A stretch of DNA of 64,000 bases from Camelus ferus (taxonomy: Eukaryota): positions 109,370,001 through 109,434,000 of the forward strand of contig NC_045697.1 in assembly GCF_009834535.1 (NCBI RefSeq). Direction: 5' to 3'. The position numbers were made by a program, and so were the translations under genes. Position 1 is the first letter of the stretch; each line of letters starts with the position of its first letter. Below, in pieces: positions 50,481-62,322 of the stretch. Below the pieces are notes generated by a model that was given only the letters and a program-made list of their open reading frames with translations, was not told where the DNA came from and ran no database searches.

Positions 50481-50844
50481 GTGTTCGTGTGATTTAAAAT
50501 ATTCAGAATTCAAAAATCATTGAACCAATTATGGTTGATCTGGTGTTTGGGGCTATTTCACTAATTCATGTGATCAGTTTAATTATGGCTAGCTTACAGA
50601 TCACCAGAAATCCCTTGAAAAGAGTCAATCTGTTTAAATGGCTAAGATACAAGCATATGATTTTATCATTACTTGTTCAGAACTAGAGCTGGAAGAATTT
50701 ATATATAAAGTCATCTATTGATTTAGGATTAATGTACCTACTGGCTAACTTTGCAGTCTTTTTCATAGACTAAAGCCCTGGTCTTCAGAGCAAGTATTTA
50801 TAAAGCACTTCTCAGTTGGCAGAGTGTCTACACATATTTAAAAA

Positions 50845-50897
50845 AATTTTTTTTAATTGAAATGTAGTTGATTTACAGTGTTAGTTTCAGGTGTACA
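50845..50897 (-). mobile_element. Very short L1 3' end
   Basis: ttttaattgaaatgtagttgatttacagtgttagtttcaggtgtaca. Confidence 0.7.
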
Positions 50898-52039
50898 CAC
50901 ACGTTATTTCATCTAATTCTCTCAACCTCTTACCTTTTTAAGATACCACCTGGGCTTGTTTTTCAGGGGTGATCTGAACTGTTCGGGCTTAATAATTGAG
51001 CCACATTTTCCCAGAGTCTTGTCTTCATTACATCAACTTCCTTTGACAACTAGAAAGACCGTCTTAGCCATTTCCTGTTCAGAGCCCTGCTCCCTCCAAG
51101 CCACCAACCCGCATACTGGCCTCCGGCTTCAGAGCTGATTTTGATTATCTGCCCATCAGAGGGGCAGAGAGAAGTCCCAGCCACTGATCCCTTTGCCCAC
51201 GGAGGTTACTGACTTCACCCCTCACCCACCTTCTCTCCTACAATCTTCCAGTTGTTTATGACTCCTGAGTTTTTCAGGTCTTGGTTTGTGTTGAAATCTA
51301 CACGCCTCATCTGTGCGGATCCCAGCACTTACACCCTTCCAAGTGGACCTGACCTCCCCTCTTCCTTCATGAACCCCACGTTCTGCCTGAATTAAACACT
51401 GTCCCCACCCTTGCCCAATTTTGTTGCCTGGACATCCGTTTCACTCCCACCTCATGTGTATGTACCTTTTCCTCTGTGCAGTATTTTAAAAACCATATAC
51501 ATATATATGTCACTGTACTGAGTAGTTTTTCAGTGAATCTAACCTAATTATCTTTGCCATTTCTGTGTTCCTGGATTTCTTTGGGGTGTTTCCAGTTTAG
51601 AGCTACTACAAATAACATTGCCATAAGTAGCTTGCAAAGTATCTCTCATTTAAAATGATTTTTTTCAAAATAAATTTCCAAGAATATTATTGTGTCAAAA
51701 GATCTGGCCATTTCTATGTCTCTAATTCTGTAATCAGGCCACCTTCCAGAAGAAGTACCAACCCGTCCTGTCTGTGGCATTGATAAGAGTGGGCTTCTTG
51801 GAATCTTTCCCACCCCTGGGTTTTATTATGATTCGCTTTTTGGCTGTTGTCATTATGTCATCTTAATCATCATGAAATGATACTGCAGAGTTTCCTTAAT
51901 CTAAGTAAGGCTGACCTAAAGCAATAAACATTTTCAGGACTGAAGTGATCTTTAACAGAGAGCAAAAATAATTTCTAAGGGGAGTGGGTAGGGGTAATTT
52001 CTTCAGATCTATCCGGTTGACAAAAGAATTTGCCTACAC

Positions 52040-52790
52040 ACTGGCGGGGGCGGGGGGGGGGGGGCGGTGCGGGAGGGGCATCTCCTGATTGCTGTTTAGC
52101 AAAGTTGCTATTACTGCTTTAGTCTAGATTCTTCTCTCCTCACACACAAGTGATTGCCGAAGACTGCTAACCAATTTACGGATCTTCAGCTCTGCCAGTC
52201 GTTTACTCGCAGCAGCTCCGGGCTGAAGATGCTCACAGAGGAAACAGGGCCCGGGGAGGAGCCAGGGGCACAGCCAGCTGGGACCGAATCTGTCACCCTA
52301 GAGCTAGACGGATTTCTTACCCCACCATGCGCCTCTCCCTACTTTCCGGGAATCCAGACGGCTCCGAAGAGCTACTGGCTGATGCTGGAGGCCTTCCTTG
52401 CAGCCCCTTGGCTGCAGCAGCAGCGGCGACCGCTGCGCGAGGTCCACACCCCGCTGTTTGTGATTCTGCCCCTTGGCCTCCCGCGGGCCCGGGCTCCTCA
52501 GGCCTCAGCGCTGCTCCTGTTCCTGCTCCCCCTGCCAGGTTCTCGCTGGCGGCCGACTGGCTCAGGTTGTGTTCCCGGCCTCTGTTTGCCTCCTGTCTGG
52601 TTTCTAGGGCCTGCTCTCCTGCGCTCGCCGCCCAGGCGGCCAGGGTGCCGCAGGGATGCGAGATGCAGGGAACAAGTTCCGCGCGCGGTGGGACCGCCCC
52701 CCTCCCACCCCCGCACCGAACGCCCACCCCGATCACGTGTCTGCAGCTTCTTTCTAGACCCAGGTGTCGGGAAGGCTGAGTTTCGCATGA
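52040..52790. promoter_or_regulatory. Orphan CpG island ~9 kb upstream of TMEM131L; candidate promoter/first exon of a minus-strand transcript
   Basis: GC/CpG-rich, repeat-free; GC box at ~52694-52703; minus-strand donor GG|GTAAGA at 52321/52320. Confidence 0.6.
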
Positions 52791-53184
52791 TGCAGTTACT
52801 GTCCCCTGTGAGCGTGTTGTGTTTGATCACCCAGATCGGGTCTTACTCAAGATGCTCCTTTTCCAACTGGTGGGCAGTTTTATTTGCAGTTGAAGGGAAA
52901 ATAGAAGCCCTCTACTGCCCTGTGTGCCTGGAATTGAAACACGAGTCTCGATGGATGCACTGAAGTGGAGCATTTTCACAGCACCAGGGCAATGGGTTCA
53001 CACGGCCTGGCATTAAGGTTGACCCGCAGAAGCATTTTCCGGGCCATCACCGGAGGTTTCCTGTTGCTGTGGTCCCACAGACTCTTTGGGTTGACCTTCA
53101 AGGTCTCATTTTGTTTACCTTAATACAGGAAACAATCGCAACAAAGCAACATGGGCCAGCCACTCCTCTAGGGGCTTGTGTCTC

Positions 53185-53300
53185 TGGACTCATTTTTCTG
53201 CCACAGCTGATGAGGTAGACCATTACCATCTCCATCTTACAGATGAGAAACTAAGGCACAGAGAGGTTAGGTGACTTGCCCAGGCCCCACAGACAGGACA
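53185..53300 (-). mobile_element. MIR SINE
   Basis: ccatcttacagatgagaaactaaggcacagagaggttaggtgacttgccca core. Confidence 0.85.
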
Positions 53301-54139
53301 CCAGGTTCCACGGACTGTAGCTTAGCCAGTGGCCAGAGCCTGGCAGTCCTGGCTGAGCCACAGAAAAAACAGAACCCTCCTCCCTTATCACCTGGGAACT
53401 GGGACATCTGGCTCTCTACTGCTGACCTGGCAGCTTTTTATTTGAACTTTAAGTGCCAAACTTAACACGATTGTAATCCGAAAGCACGCAGATTCAGGAA
53501 GCCGTGAAGTTGTTTTACTCAGTGGACTTTGGAATTGTAAGAAATGATGAATAAAAACAGTTCAGGCTTCCAGCTGCCAAGCCATCAGGTCTGGCCAGAA
53601 AATCATTCAACGTTAGACGTGGAAAGGACTTTAGAGGTCAGATTACTTTAGGGCTTTAGTTTCTAGGCAAGAAAAAAGGCCCAGGAGGTGGAATGCCTTG
53701 TTCAAGGTTGTGAAACCCATTTTCCAAAATTGCAGTTAGATTGTTCAGACGGGCAAGTCAGATAAGAATTGTTGCTATGCAACTTTTGGATCGGATCTAG
53801 TTATGGGACTCGATGGAGGGTATTAGTTTGGGGAGGTCCGACAGCAACATGGGTTCACATGTCTTAATTCATATTCATAACCCTACATTAGGGTTACCTA
53901 ACCCAGACAGACCCATTTCCAAAACTAAGCATGCCATTCTTTCTGGAACCATGACCCATTCAGTGACCTGGAGTTAGTTATACCAGCTTGACATCCTCTT
54001 AAAAGCAATTTGTTAGTTTTCTTAGTGCCATGATGGCCTTCATTCAGTGTCCCCAATTCCCTTGTGCTTTGCCTACATTTCTAGTGATCGCCATTACATC
54101 ACTGCCCATTCACATAAGGGTCTAAGGGTGGTATTGCTC

Positions 54140-54390
54140 TGGTGATGAAGAATGTGGATTTTGGAGACAGCCAGCCTGGGTTTGAATTTCAGCTCTGCAC
54201 CTTATTGGTTTATGACCTTGGGCAGTCATACTTCCTCTATCTGTGCATCAACTTCTCCATCTGTAGAATAGGATAATAATAGTACCTACACCCCATAGGC
54301 TTGCTGGAAGGATTAAATGACTTAATATAAGCAAGGCCCTTAGGGTAGGATTTGACATGACGTGAGAACTCTATGAAGATTATCATTATT
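54140..54390 (+). mobile_element. MIR SINE
   Basis: ttggagacag..cctgggtttgaat.tcagctctg..tgaccttgggca.gtca..catctgtagaataggataataatagtaccta. Confidence 0.85.
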
Positions 54391-55189
54391 TCTAGAAGCG
54401 GAAGCTTACAATGGATCACTTCAGACTGTTGAATGGAGCTGAAAAACTACTTCCTGTTACTGCTTCCCAGACGTCTTGTTTCATGGGTCCCCACTTTAAA
54501 GGACCTTAAAAAAACAGTTTTTCCAAGATCATCTACCAAGAAATTGACTCAATTTACAGAATTGCGATTCCCGCCAACCTTCTGAATGAAATATACTTCT
54601 TTAACTTTTCCAACAACAAGGAAGAGAAAAATAAATTCCACTCTTTGGTTTACATTTTGGATCCCCAAGTAGAACATTTTAATAACAAGTACAAACAACT
54701 AACTTAAGGCAGTCACTATTTTTGAGATTTTCACAAACAACTTGCTGACATAGACTATAAGCTAGTATGTTCAAGTGTCAGCAGAGGGAAAAGATCTGTC
54801 TGTCCCAAAGCGCGGAGGCTCAGAAGAAAAATGATGGATTTTAGTGGATTTCATATTGACCTTAGTTTATCGCCTGGAAAGTGTATAAGAGGTTTATGCT
54901 CTGTAGGGATATGTGCAATAGTAACTTCTTCTTAACGGCTAGAGCTGGGTTGTCATAGACTATTCCAACCTGCCTACAAGCATCCTAAAATAAGTAGTAT
55001 TAAAACATGAAGACCAATGGAAGTTTCCAAGTGAGTTCTTGTTTCTTATCTTTAGAGACAGTATAGTGCGGTAAAATTAGAGTCCGAATTCTAACTCCAG
55101 ATGAACAATTGACCCTTCCAGTCTCAGTTTCTAACATGTAAAATAAGGCCAAGTAAGGCCCCTCAATGGGGGTCAAGCCCAATGAGCTT

Positions 55190-55960
55190 GGAGGACACAA
55201 AGGTCCCCGGGCTGAAGAGCACTTATCAAGGGGAAGACGGTAGATGAGGCCAGAAAGGGGAGTAGGGCCAGATGTCACAGTTCCTTGTAGGACAAGGCTA
55301 GGAGTCGGGGTTTCATTCTAATTGTATGGGAAACCAATGAAGTGTTTTACACCTAATAAGAATTCTGTGTTAAGATCAGTTTGGCCATTGCACAGCAGAG
55401 ATACAAGTGGTGAGAGCTGAAGCAGAGAGACCGGTAGAGGGCAGTCGTAGGAGTCTACGAGAGGGATGGGGCGCTCACATCCGTCCAGGTAGCAGTCCGG
55501 AAAGAAAGGAGAGGTACGGGAACTATTCTGGAGGTGAGGACCACAGGACTTGCGGAGAGATCTAAAGGGTGGAAAGGAAAGAGGAATTAAATATGACTCC
55601 TTGGGCTTTTGGCTTGAACCACTGGGTCGATGGTGTTGCCAAGGACTGGAAGTTAGGAAGGGTGGGGCTGTACCAGGTTTGGGTAGGTGGACTCAAGAGT
55701 TTTGGACATGCTAGGTTTGAGATGCTTATTAGCCATTCAAGTAGAGATGGCAAGTGGGCAGTTGGATAGATGATCGTGGAACTTCAGGGTAGGGCTAAAA
55801 TTATAACTTGGGACTCACTGGCTTATAGACATTTAAAGACATAGGGCTGGATGAGTTTGCCCAGAGAGAGAGAGAGGGTATCCAGGACCAAGCCGTGGGA
55901 TCCTCTTACTTTCAAAGGCTGGGTATAGGAGAAGCGGCTGCAAAGCAGATTGAGGAGGTA
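55190..55960 (-). mobile_element. L2 fragment
   Basis: gagttttggacatgctaggtttgagatgcttattagccattcaagtagagatg..gcagttggata. Confidence 0.75.
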
Positions 55961-56309
55961 GAGAAAATCTCACAGGTGGTAGTCATAGCTGTACACCACT
56001 CAAACAGACTTGCAGTGATGGTTCTGGTGACAGTAGACTCTCCCTTGGAGAATAAACTAGTTTATTAAGAGATAAGCACTGTTTCTCTGCAGCTGTCTAG
56101 TCTGTATTTACTTTTGTTGCTTTTATTTATTGTGCAAATTTGATATAAAACAATGCACGAAAGTGCTTTGAATTTGCACTTGTAAAATAAACCGAGTATT
56201 ACTTTGCTAGTTCCTCTTGTTATATGAGCATTCTGTTAATATCTTTGAGATTGGTTATTGTTAATGATTATTGTTTACTTCCACTTTTGTGTTGGTTTTT
56301 TCCCTTCTC

Positions 56310-56700
56310 TCTCTTGGGATTGTTTCTAGCTATGAGTAACAGAAAACTTGACCACAGTAAGAAGGGATTACTTTTGCTTACAAAACAAGATGTTGAAAGG
56401 GAAACTAGCATTTCCTAATTCTTCTAGGATGCAGACTTCTGCCTTTCCAATCCACCATCCTCAACAGGTACTTTTCTTCCTCAGGCTTGTCTGATGGCTG
56501 CCAAACCTCTGTACATCACATCTTATATTCCAGCAGGAAGAAGAACACGGAGCAAAACTCTTGTCCTAGCTGAGTCTATTCCTCTTCATTAGGAAAATAG
56601 CTTTCCTTGAAGCCATGCCAGTACAAGTCTGTTTGCATCACATGGACCAGAAGTAGACCAAATAGCAAGCAAGTTGCAAAGGAGGCTGGGAAGGTGACTT
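56310..56700 (-). mobile_element. Old MLT1 (J/K/L-like) LTR fragment
   Basis: agtaacagaaaac..gatggctgcc..catcacatct..ttccagcaggaaga..tgcaaaggaggctgggaa. Confidence 0.55.
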
Positions 56701-56827
56701 TTTTTTTTCTCCATTCATGTAACATTCATTTAATCATCATTAAACATGTAGCAGGACCACACTCAAGGCATCCTGTGTAAATCACATGCTAGACTCTCTT
56801 TAAATTTTTTGTCTCTACAAATAGTGT

Positions 56828-57540
56828 ATGATAGCACTTATATGTGGAAACTGAAAAATACAACAAACCAGTGAATATGACAAAAAAGAAACAGGCTCAC
56901 AGATATAGAGAACAAACTAGTGGGTACCAATGGGGAGAGGGGAGGGAGGAGGGAAATAAGAGGTACAAACTATTGGGTATAAAATAAGCTAGAAAGACAT
57001 ATTGTACATATGCACTTCAACAGAAAAAGAAGGAAATCCTACCATTTGCAACAACATGGATGAAACTTGAGGACATTTGCTAAGTGAAATAAACTGGTCA
57101 TAGAAGGATAAATATTGCCTGATTACACTATACAAGGTATGTAAAATAGTCAGTCTCGTAGAAGCAAAGAAGAGAATGGTAGGAGGAAGGGTATAGCTCA
57201 TTGGTAGTGTGTGCTCAGCATGCACGAGGTCCTGGGTTCAATCCCCAGTGCCTCCATTTAAAAAATAAATAAATAAACCTAATTACCTACCCCCCCCAAA
57301 AGTATGTAAGATTAAATAATACAATTTAAAAAAAAGAGAGACAGACAGTTGTTATCAGAGGCTAGGAGGAGGGACAAATGGGGGAGTTGCCAATCAATAT
57401 ATATACATTTCAGCTATGCAAGATGAATAAGCTTTGGAAACCATGTGCAACATGGTGCCTGTAGATAACAATACTGTACTGAACTCTTCATCTGTTAAGA
57501 AGGAGATCTCATGTTATCATGCCAGATGAGATAAATAAGA
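56828..57540 (+). mobile_element. Two L1 3' fragments with nested SINE
   Basis: cacttatatgtggaa..cagatatagagaacaaactagtgg; then ggaaatcct.ccatttgcaacaacatggatgaa.cttgaggacatt. Confidence 0.8.
57182..57335 (+). mobile_element. vic-1-like SINE (long-tail type)
   Basis: gggtatagctca..gcatgcacgaggtcctgggttcaatcccc..aaacctaattacc. Confidence 0.9.
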
Positions 57541-57691
57541 ATGATCATGTTTAAAAAACTGTCTTTAATTTTTAAAAAAGTGATCTAATTTAAAAATTTG
57601 AATTTAATCAACTAAATTTATATGCAGTCAAATTTACCCTTTTTGTTGTAGTTTTATGAGTTTAAAAAAAGTGGAGAAAAATGACTGTTTC

Positions 57692-57757
57692 TTTCTTTTT
57701 TTTAATTGAAGTATAGTCAGTTTACAATGTTGTCTCAATTTCTGGTGTACAACATAA
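57692..57757 (-). mobile_element. Short young L1 3' end
   Basis: ttaattgaagtatagtcagtttacaatg..; TSD atgactgttt/atgactattt. Confidence 0.8.
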
Positions 57758-58261
57758 TAAGATGACTATTTTTAGCTATGAATACTGCCTCTCCCCCTAA
57801 ACTGTCTGATGGTCCCAGAGAAGAAAAGGACAATTGTTTAACACAACAGAGTTGTTTGAGAAAGAAAGGCGAGAACACTTATCTGATGCACATGACTGAG
57901 GCTTCCTGAGATGAGATGAAACAGAAGAAAGTTAAAGAAGAGTCCCTTTGAGTCAAGGGGGCAGTCTGCATCTCAAGAGGACCTGCCCATAATCCCTAGG
58001 TTTCTGCCATGCTCAAGAACCCTCCCTCTGAGGATCTCCTCCCAGCCAAGGATGACGCTTGCATCCCAGCAATGATGGTGATGGAGATTTGATGAGTTTT
58101 GTTGTCTCCATTGGGGTGAGGCCCGAAATGTATGCATAGATGAGCTAGAAAACAGCTGTTTCATGTGCACTGTCCTCAGTCACTCCCATTTCCAGCATGT
58201 CTGAGTGATAAGAGATAAGACAGGAATAGGTAATATGACGTCCGTATCAAATTTACTACAT

Positions 58262-58340
58262 TCAGCGTGATGCTGTACATCAGAAATTGAGACATCATAA
58301 ACGGACTATACGTCAATAAAAAAGAATGTTAAAAAAAAAA
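58262..58340 (+). mobile_element. Short young L1 3' end
   Basis: tgctgtacatcagaaattgagaca..taaacggactatac.tcaataaaaaa. Confidence 0.7.
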
Positions 58341-58770
58341 AGAATAAGAAAAAACCCCACCATATTCATGGCATTCTGGCACATTCCCACGACGCAAACT
58401 CATGGTAATACCGTTACTAGCATTTACTCAGTCCCTATACTAGGTGCTTTACCATCCGTAATCTCAGAGTCTTCACAACCACCTTGTGACCTGCTGTGTT
58501 GAATCTTCTCTGGATCAGAGGTAAGTGATTTGGGCTTGCCACCACCCCGTCAGTTTTATGTAGGCTGTGTTGAGATATAACTCACATTTATAAACTTGCT
58601 TGGTTTTCATCTGTACTAATTAAGAAAAGAAGAACAAGAGTAAAGTAAGTCAAAAGCATGGTCAACATCTGGCACGTTTAAAATAAGTATAGATTTGTCA
58701 ATTTTAGGTGTGATTTTACAAAAGATCATTTAAACTTATACGGATCTAATTTAAAATGCATATACTCCAG

Positions 58771-58912
58771 GGAGGGGAGGGTATAGCTCAGTGGTTGAGT
58801 GTGTGCCTAGCATGCATGAGGTCCTGGGTTTAAGCTCCAGTACCTCCATTAAAAAAAAATTAATGAATAAATAAATAAACCCAATTACCCTTCAAAAATT
58901 TTTTAAAAATTG
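58771..58912 (+). mobile_element. vic-1-like SINE (long-tail type)
   Basis: TSD atatactccag (58760-58770, 58913-58923). Confidence 0.9.
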
Positions 58913-61495
58913 ATATACTCCAGTAAAATATCTCCTTAGTGTCTCTTCCACGCTTTACTCTTCTGCATATAACTTGCATATCGAGTTAGTTCACGTTTAC
59001 ATTAATTTTTTTCCGGGTAATATTATTTCATACATACGTCTCCATAACTCTGCCACTACACAACTTGGATATTTCTCATCCTTTCCAGGCTTCATTTTCT
59101 TCTGTAAAATGAGGCATTTAGACTATTATTTAATAGACAAAAGTTTTTCCAGCTCTAACAGAATATCTATTATCCACAGGGGAATAATGGAAATACAGCA
59201 CCAATGACACAGGAGTCTTCTCTGGAGAACAAGTTTACTTCAAAACATGGATGCTACTTAATGGGCCATAACTTTCCTGTTGTTCGTGAGTCAGCATGAA
59301 AAATACCTCCAGAGAAGGCTAAGTAGGTTGGATTTATCTAAGGAGACAGCTGTGTAATCCTGTGTCCCTCTCCAAACCCATGGCACTGCAGAGACACGCT
59401 TTTGGCTTTTTGAACAACAGTCAAATAGCATTACCAACTTTGTAAAGTCCACAAGACCACAGCTCGAAAACTTAAGCTGGTCTTTAAAAAGCTTCAGTAG
59501 AAGAACAAAGTAGAGCTTCATTTATGTATGATCCGTAGCAATTTTCCTCTATCTTTTAACCCATTTCCATTGATTCTGTGATACTGGTTAGTGTTTGGAA
59601 GACTTTGAGTAAAAAGTAAAATAGCTTAAAAATCAGTAAGAACAAAAAGTTTTGTACTGCGACTTTTTATCAAATCTGTTTAACAAAACCTGCTATGCTG
59701 TCAATGTTTGCTTGCTTTCCTTTCCGAGTAACATAGTTGTAATAGGACTTAAAAATACATGTTGTAAATAAATAGGCCAATGAGGGAATTTTCATGTAAA
59801 AATTAACTTTGAAGGAGCAGTTACTGCCTAGTGGGCTGTGCAAGTAAGTATTCTTGTTATAAGAGGCCCCCTTAACACAGTAGAAGAAAGACCTTCAGAG
59901 TCCTAGGGGCAAATACGAATTTAAAGAAGTGAAATGAAGAGAAAAAAGGGCCGAGTTGGGTTAGGACTGGAGAGCCTTGCAAAGGAAAGGTAATGCTGGC
60001 AGGCAACAGAGAAAAAAGGCAAAGGACAGAGAATACTGGAGGTATTTGAGTTGGATAATGCAAAGTGACTTTTTTTTTCCCACATCGAGGGCTTATATTT
60101 ATGCTAATCTTCTTAAATGTTGAGTTCTGGCTGAGCAATTAGACTATTTAACCTTGCTTAGAGTTACGCACAGACTGCGTGAGACTGAGTTCACAGTACT
60201 ATATTACGTCCTGGGGAGGGAGAGGATCCATAATTGATTTAGTCCTTCTCCGCATCTGTCCTGCTATCCAACCACTGCTTTTCCATTGTCTAGACTTTAA
60301 GGCACTAGAAGCAATTAACTAGAGGATCAACGTAAGCAGACAGGTGTGCCCTGGGCACTCCCCTTCTCTATTCTATACTGTTCATATTCTCTGAATTTCA
60401 TACAAGTTACTCTGGAAGTAGCAAATTAACGAAAAATATCTTAAGACTGACAATACTTCCAGATTGTGCAAATAGATTTCAGAATAAACCCTTGCTAGCT
60501 ATACCTCTGGCAAGGCATGATATCAACTTAAAAGAGACCTCGGATCTTAGTCATACATTTTGGGTACAGGCATCAAAAAATGGGGCTAGAAAACACATTT
60601 CTAAGTACCACGTATATTACTCTGTTAATATTAGAGACAGACAACTGATCACGTCCTCAACTCCAACTAGGTTTCAGAAGAGGCTGGCTAAATTTTGTAA
60701 TAGGCATCCAAAGGGGAGTAGGTGCAGGGTCTTTAAAGCGACAAATCCCCTAGTAAGAGGATTCCCCACCTGTCACAACCTGGACCGGTTCCATGGAGGG
60801 TGCCGGGCGTCCCACCGCCACGCGGCGATGAGGTCAGCCTCCGGGTCTTGGGAGAGCTCTTTTTATTCTAAATTACAGACTTTGCAGCCACCGGATATCC
60901 TCGCTGCAAAACTGGCAGTAGCCATGTGGCTGCACTCGCCTTTCCTGACAACCACTGCATTATTTCCACTAATGTCCTATCTAGGGCCTCTCGCCAGGCG
61001 ACTCCTCACTCCCACCACCCACCGCCGCCCCCGCCGCGTGGGCAATAACCCGCTTGTGGCCCGTGTGCCAGAACAAAGCGGAAACCACCCCCAAAGTTCT
61101 TGGCGACAGCGGCCCGGGAGCCCCTCCCGCCACCTCTGAGCGCCCCTGTCACCGTCGCAGAGCGCGCCCGGGCCCCGCAGCTTCGGGAAGGCAGCGGCAG
61201 AGCGCTGCGGGGCGGGCCCGCAGCCATGTGCTCCGCATCGGGCGGGGCGGCGGCCGCGGAGTGCGCATTGTCCACGTTCCCCGCGCCCCGCCGCGCTCCG
61301 TCCCTCCCTATCTGTGGCGCACACGCGCGGAGCGGGCGGCGCGCAGGGCGGGGCGGGGGCGGGGCGGCGCGGCGCGGGGCGGGGCGGGGCTGGGCGGGGC
61401 GGGCGGCGCGGGGGCGGGTCCGGGGCGAGGCGGCTCGGGCGCCAGCGAGCGAGCGGCGAGCTCGGCGAGCACCCGAGAGGAGCGCGAGCAGCAGC

Positions 61496-61619
61496 ATGGC
61501 GGGGCTCCGACGCCCGCAGCCGGGCTGCTACTGCCGCACCGCCGCGGCCGTGAACCTCCTGCTGGGCGTCTTCCAGGTCCTCCTGCCCTGCTGTCGCCCG
61601 GGAGGGGCTCAGGGACAAG
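61496..61619 (+). CDS. TMEM131L: TMEM131L (KIAA0922) coding exon 1, 124 nt, [41 protein letters not shown] (signal-peptide-like)
   Basis: agcATGG Kozak context; matches recalled human TMEM131L N-terminus; donor CAAG|gtcagc; MND1-TMEM131L synteny. Confidence 0.95.
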
Positions 61620-62322
61620 GTCAGCCTGGCGCCGCTTCGCTGGCTTCCCTCTTCACCCCGCCCCCCCTTCCCTTTCTTTTGGGGAACTGCTGAAATCTAT
61701 CAGAAGGCGAGGAGGGGAACGGGAAAGGGGCCGAAGAAGGAAGGAAAGCGATTGCAATTCCGTGCTGATAACCTCTGCTAACCGCGGTGTACCCTGCCGC
61801 GTCCCTCACCCCCCCGACACCCGAAAGCTGGGAAGTCGCGGGGCTTGGGGACCGCCGCGCGGACCGCTAGCCGCGCACGCCCCGGAGCCTTTGTGCGCGG
61901 GCCCCGGGCGCCCCGGGCGCAGCCCCCGCTTTGTGTGGCGCGCGCTGGGGCCCCGCCGCGGCCCGGCTTCCTGCAGCTTTGTTCCGCGAGCCTGGCTGCC
62001 TGGGTCGCATCCCGCACACGCCCGCCCCGGCTGCCGCGGGATGCGGAGCGCGGGGTCCCGCGGAGTGGCTTCCCCTCTCTTTCCCCCACCAGTACGAGAG
62101 CCCCGGAGTCCGCACGCCCTCTCCTCTCCTTCCGAGGGGCCGCCGGCTTGCACCCCGTCCATTGTGTTCTGATTCTCGCCTCCCTCCTCGGGTGGCCTCC
62201 ACTTCGAGAAGGAAAGGGAGGCTTGTTTTGGTGAGGCGGGTGCTTGGGGGGACGATCGGGAAACAGGAAGCGTTTCTTTTCCGTGCATTAAAAGCGCGGT
62301 GTGTTTTTCGGTGTTCTTGCAG

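Larger units (their letters stand above)
30650..52690 (-). pseudogene. Candidate decayed multi-exon gene (unitary-pseudogene-like), product unidentified, tentatively LRR/TIR-like
   Basis: Series of AG/GT-bounded repeat-free segments (48048-47930, 47682-47575, 45367-45184, 43001-42827, 41196-41117, 40358-40176, 39770-39449, 39256-39154, 36728-36562, 36251-36090, 35999-35840, 34460-34339, 32390-32085, 31862-31710, 31094-down), most joinable in phase with scattered stops; by-eye only. Confidence 0.35.

Noticed and set aside
52154..52963. 269-aa plus-strand ORF
   Set aside because: TTG start, GC-rich island bias, no recognisable domain
61226..61495. In-frame upstream ATG giving a 90-aa N-terminal extension of TMEM131L
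   Set aside because: Lies upstream of the GC-box array and probably of the transcription start; would bury the signal peptide
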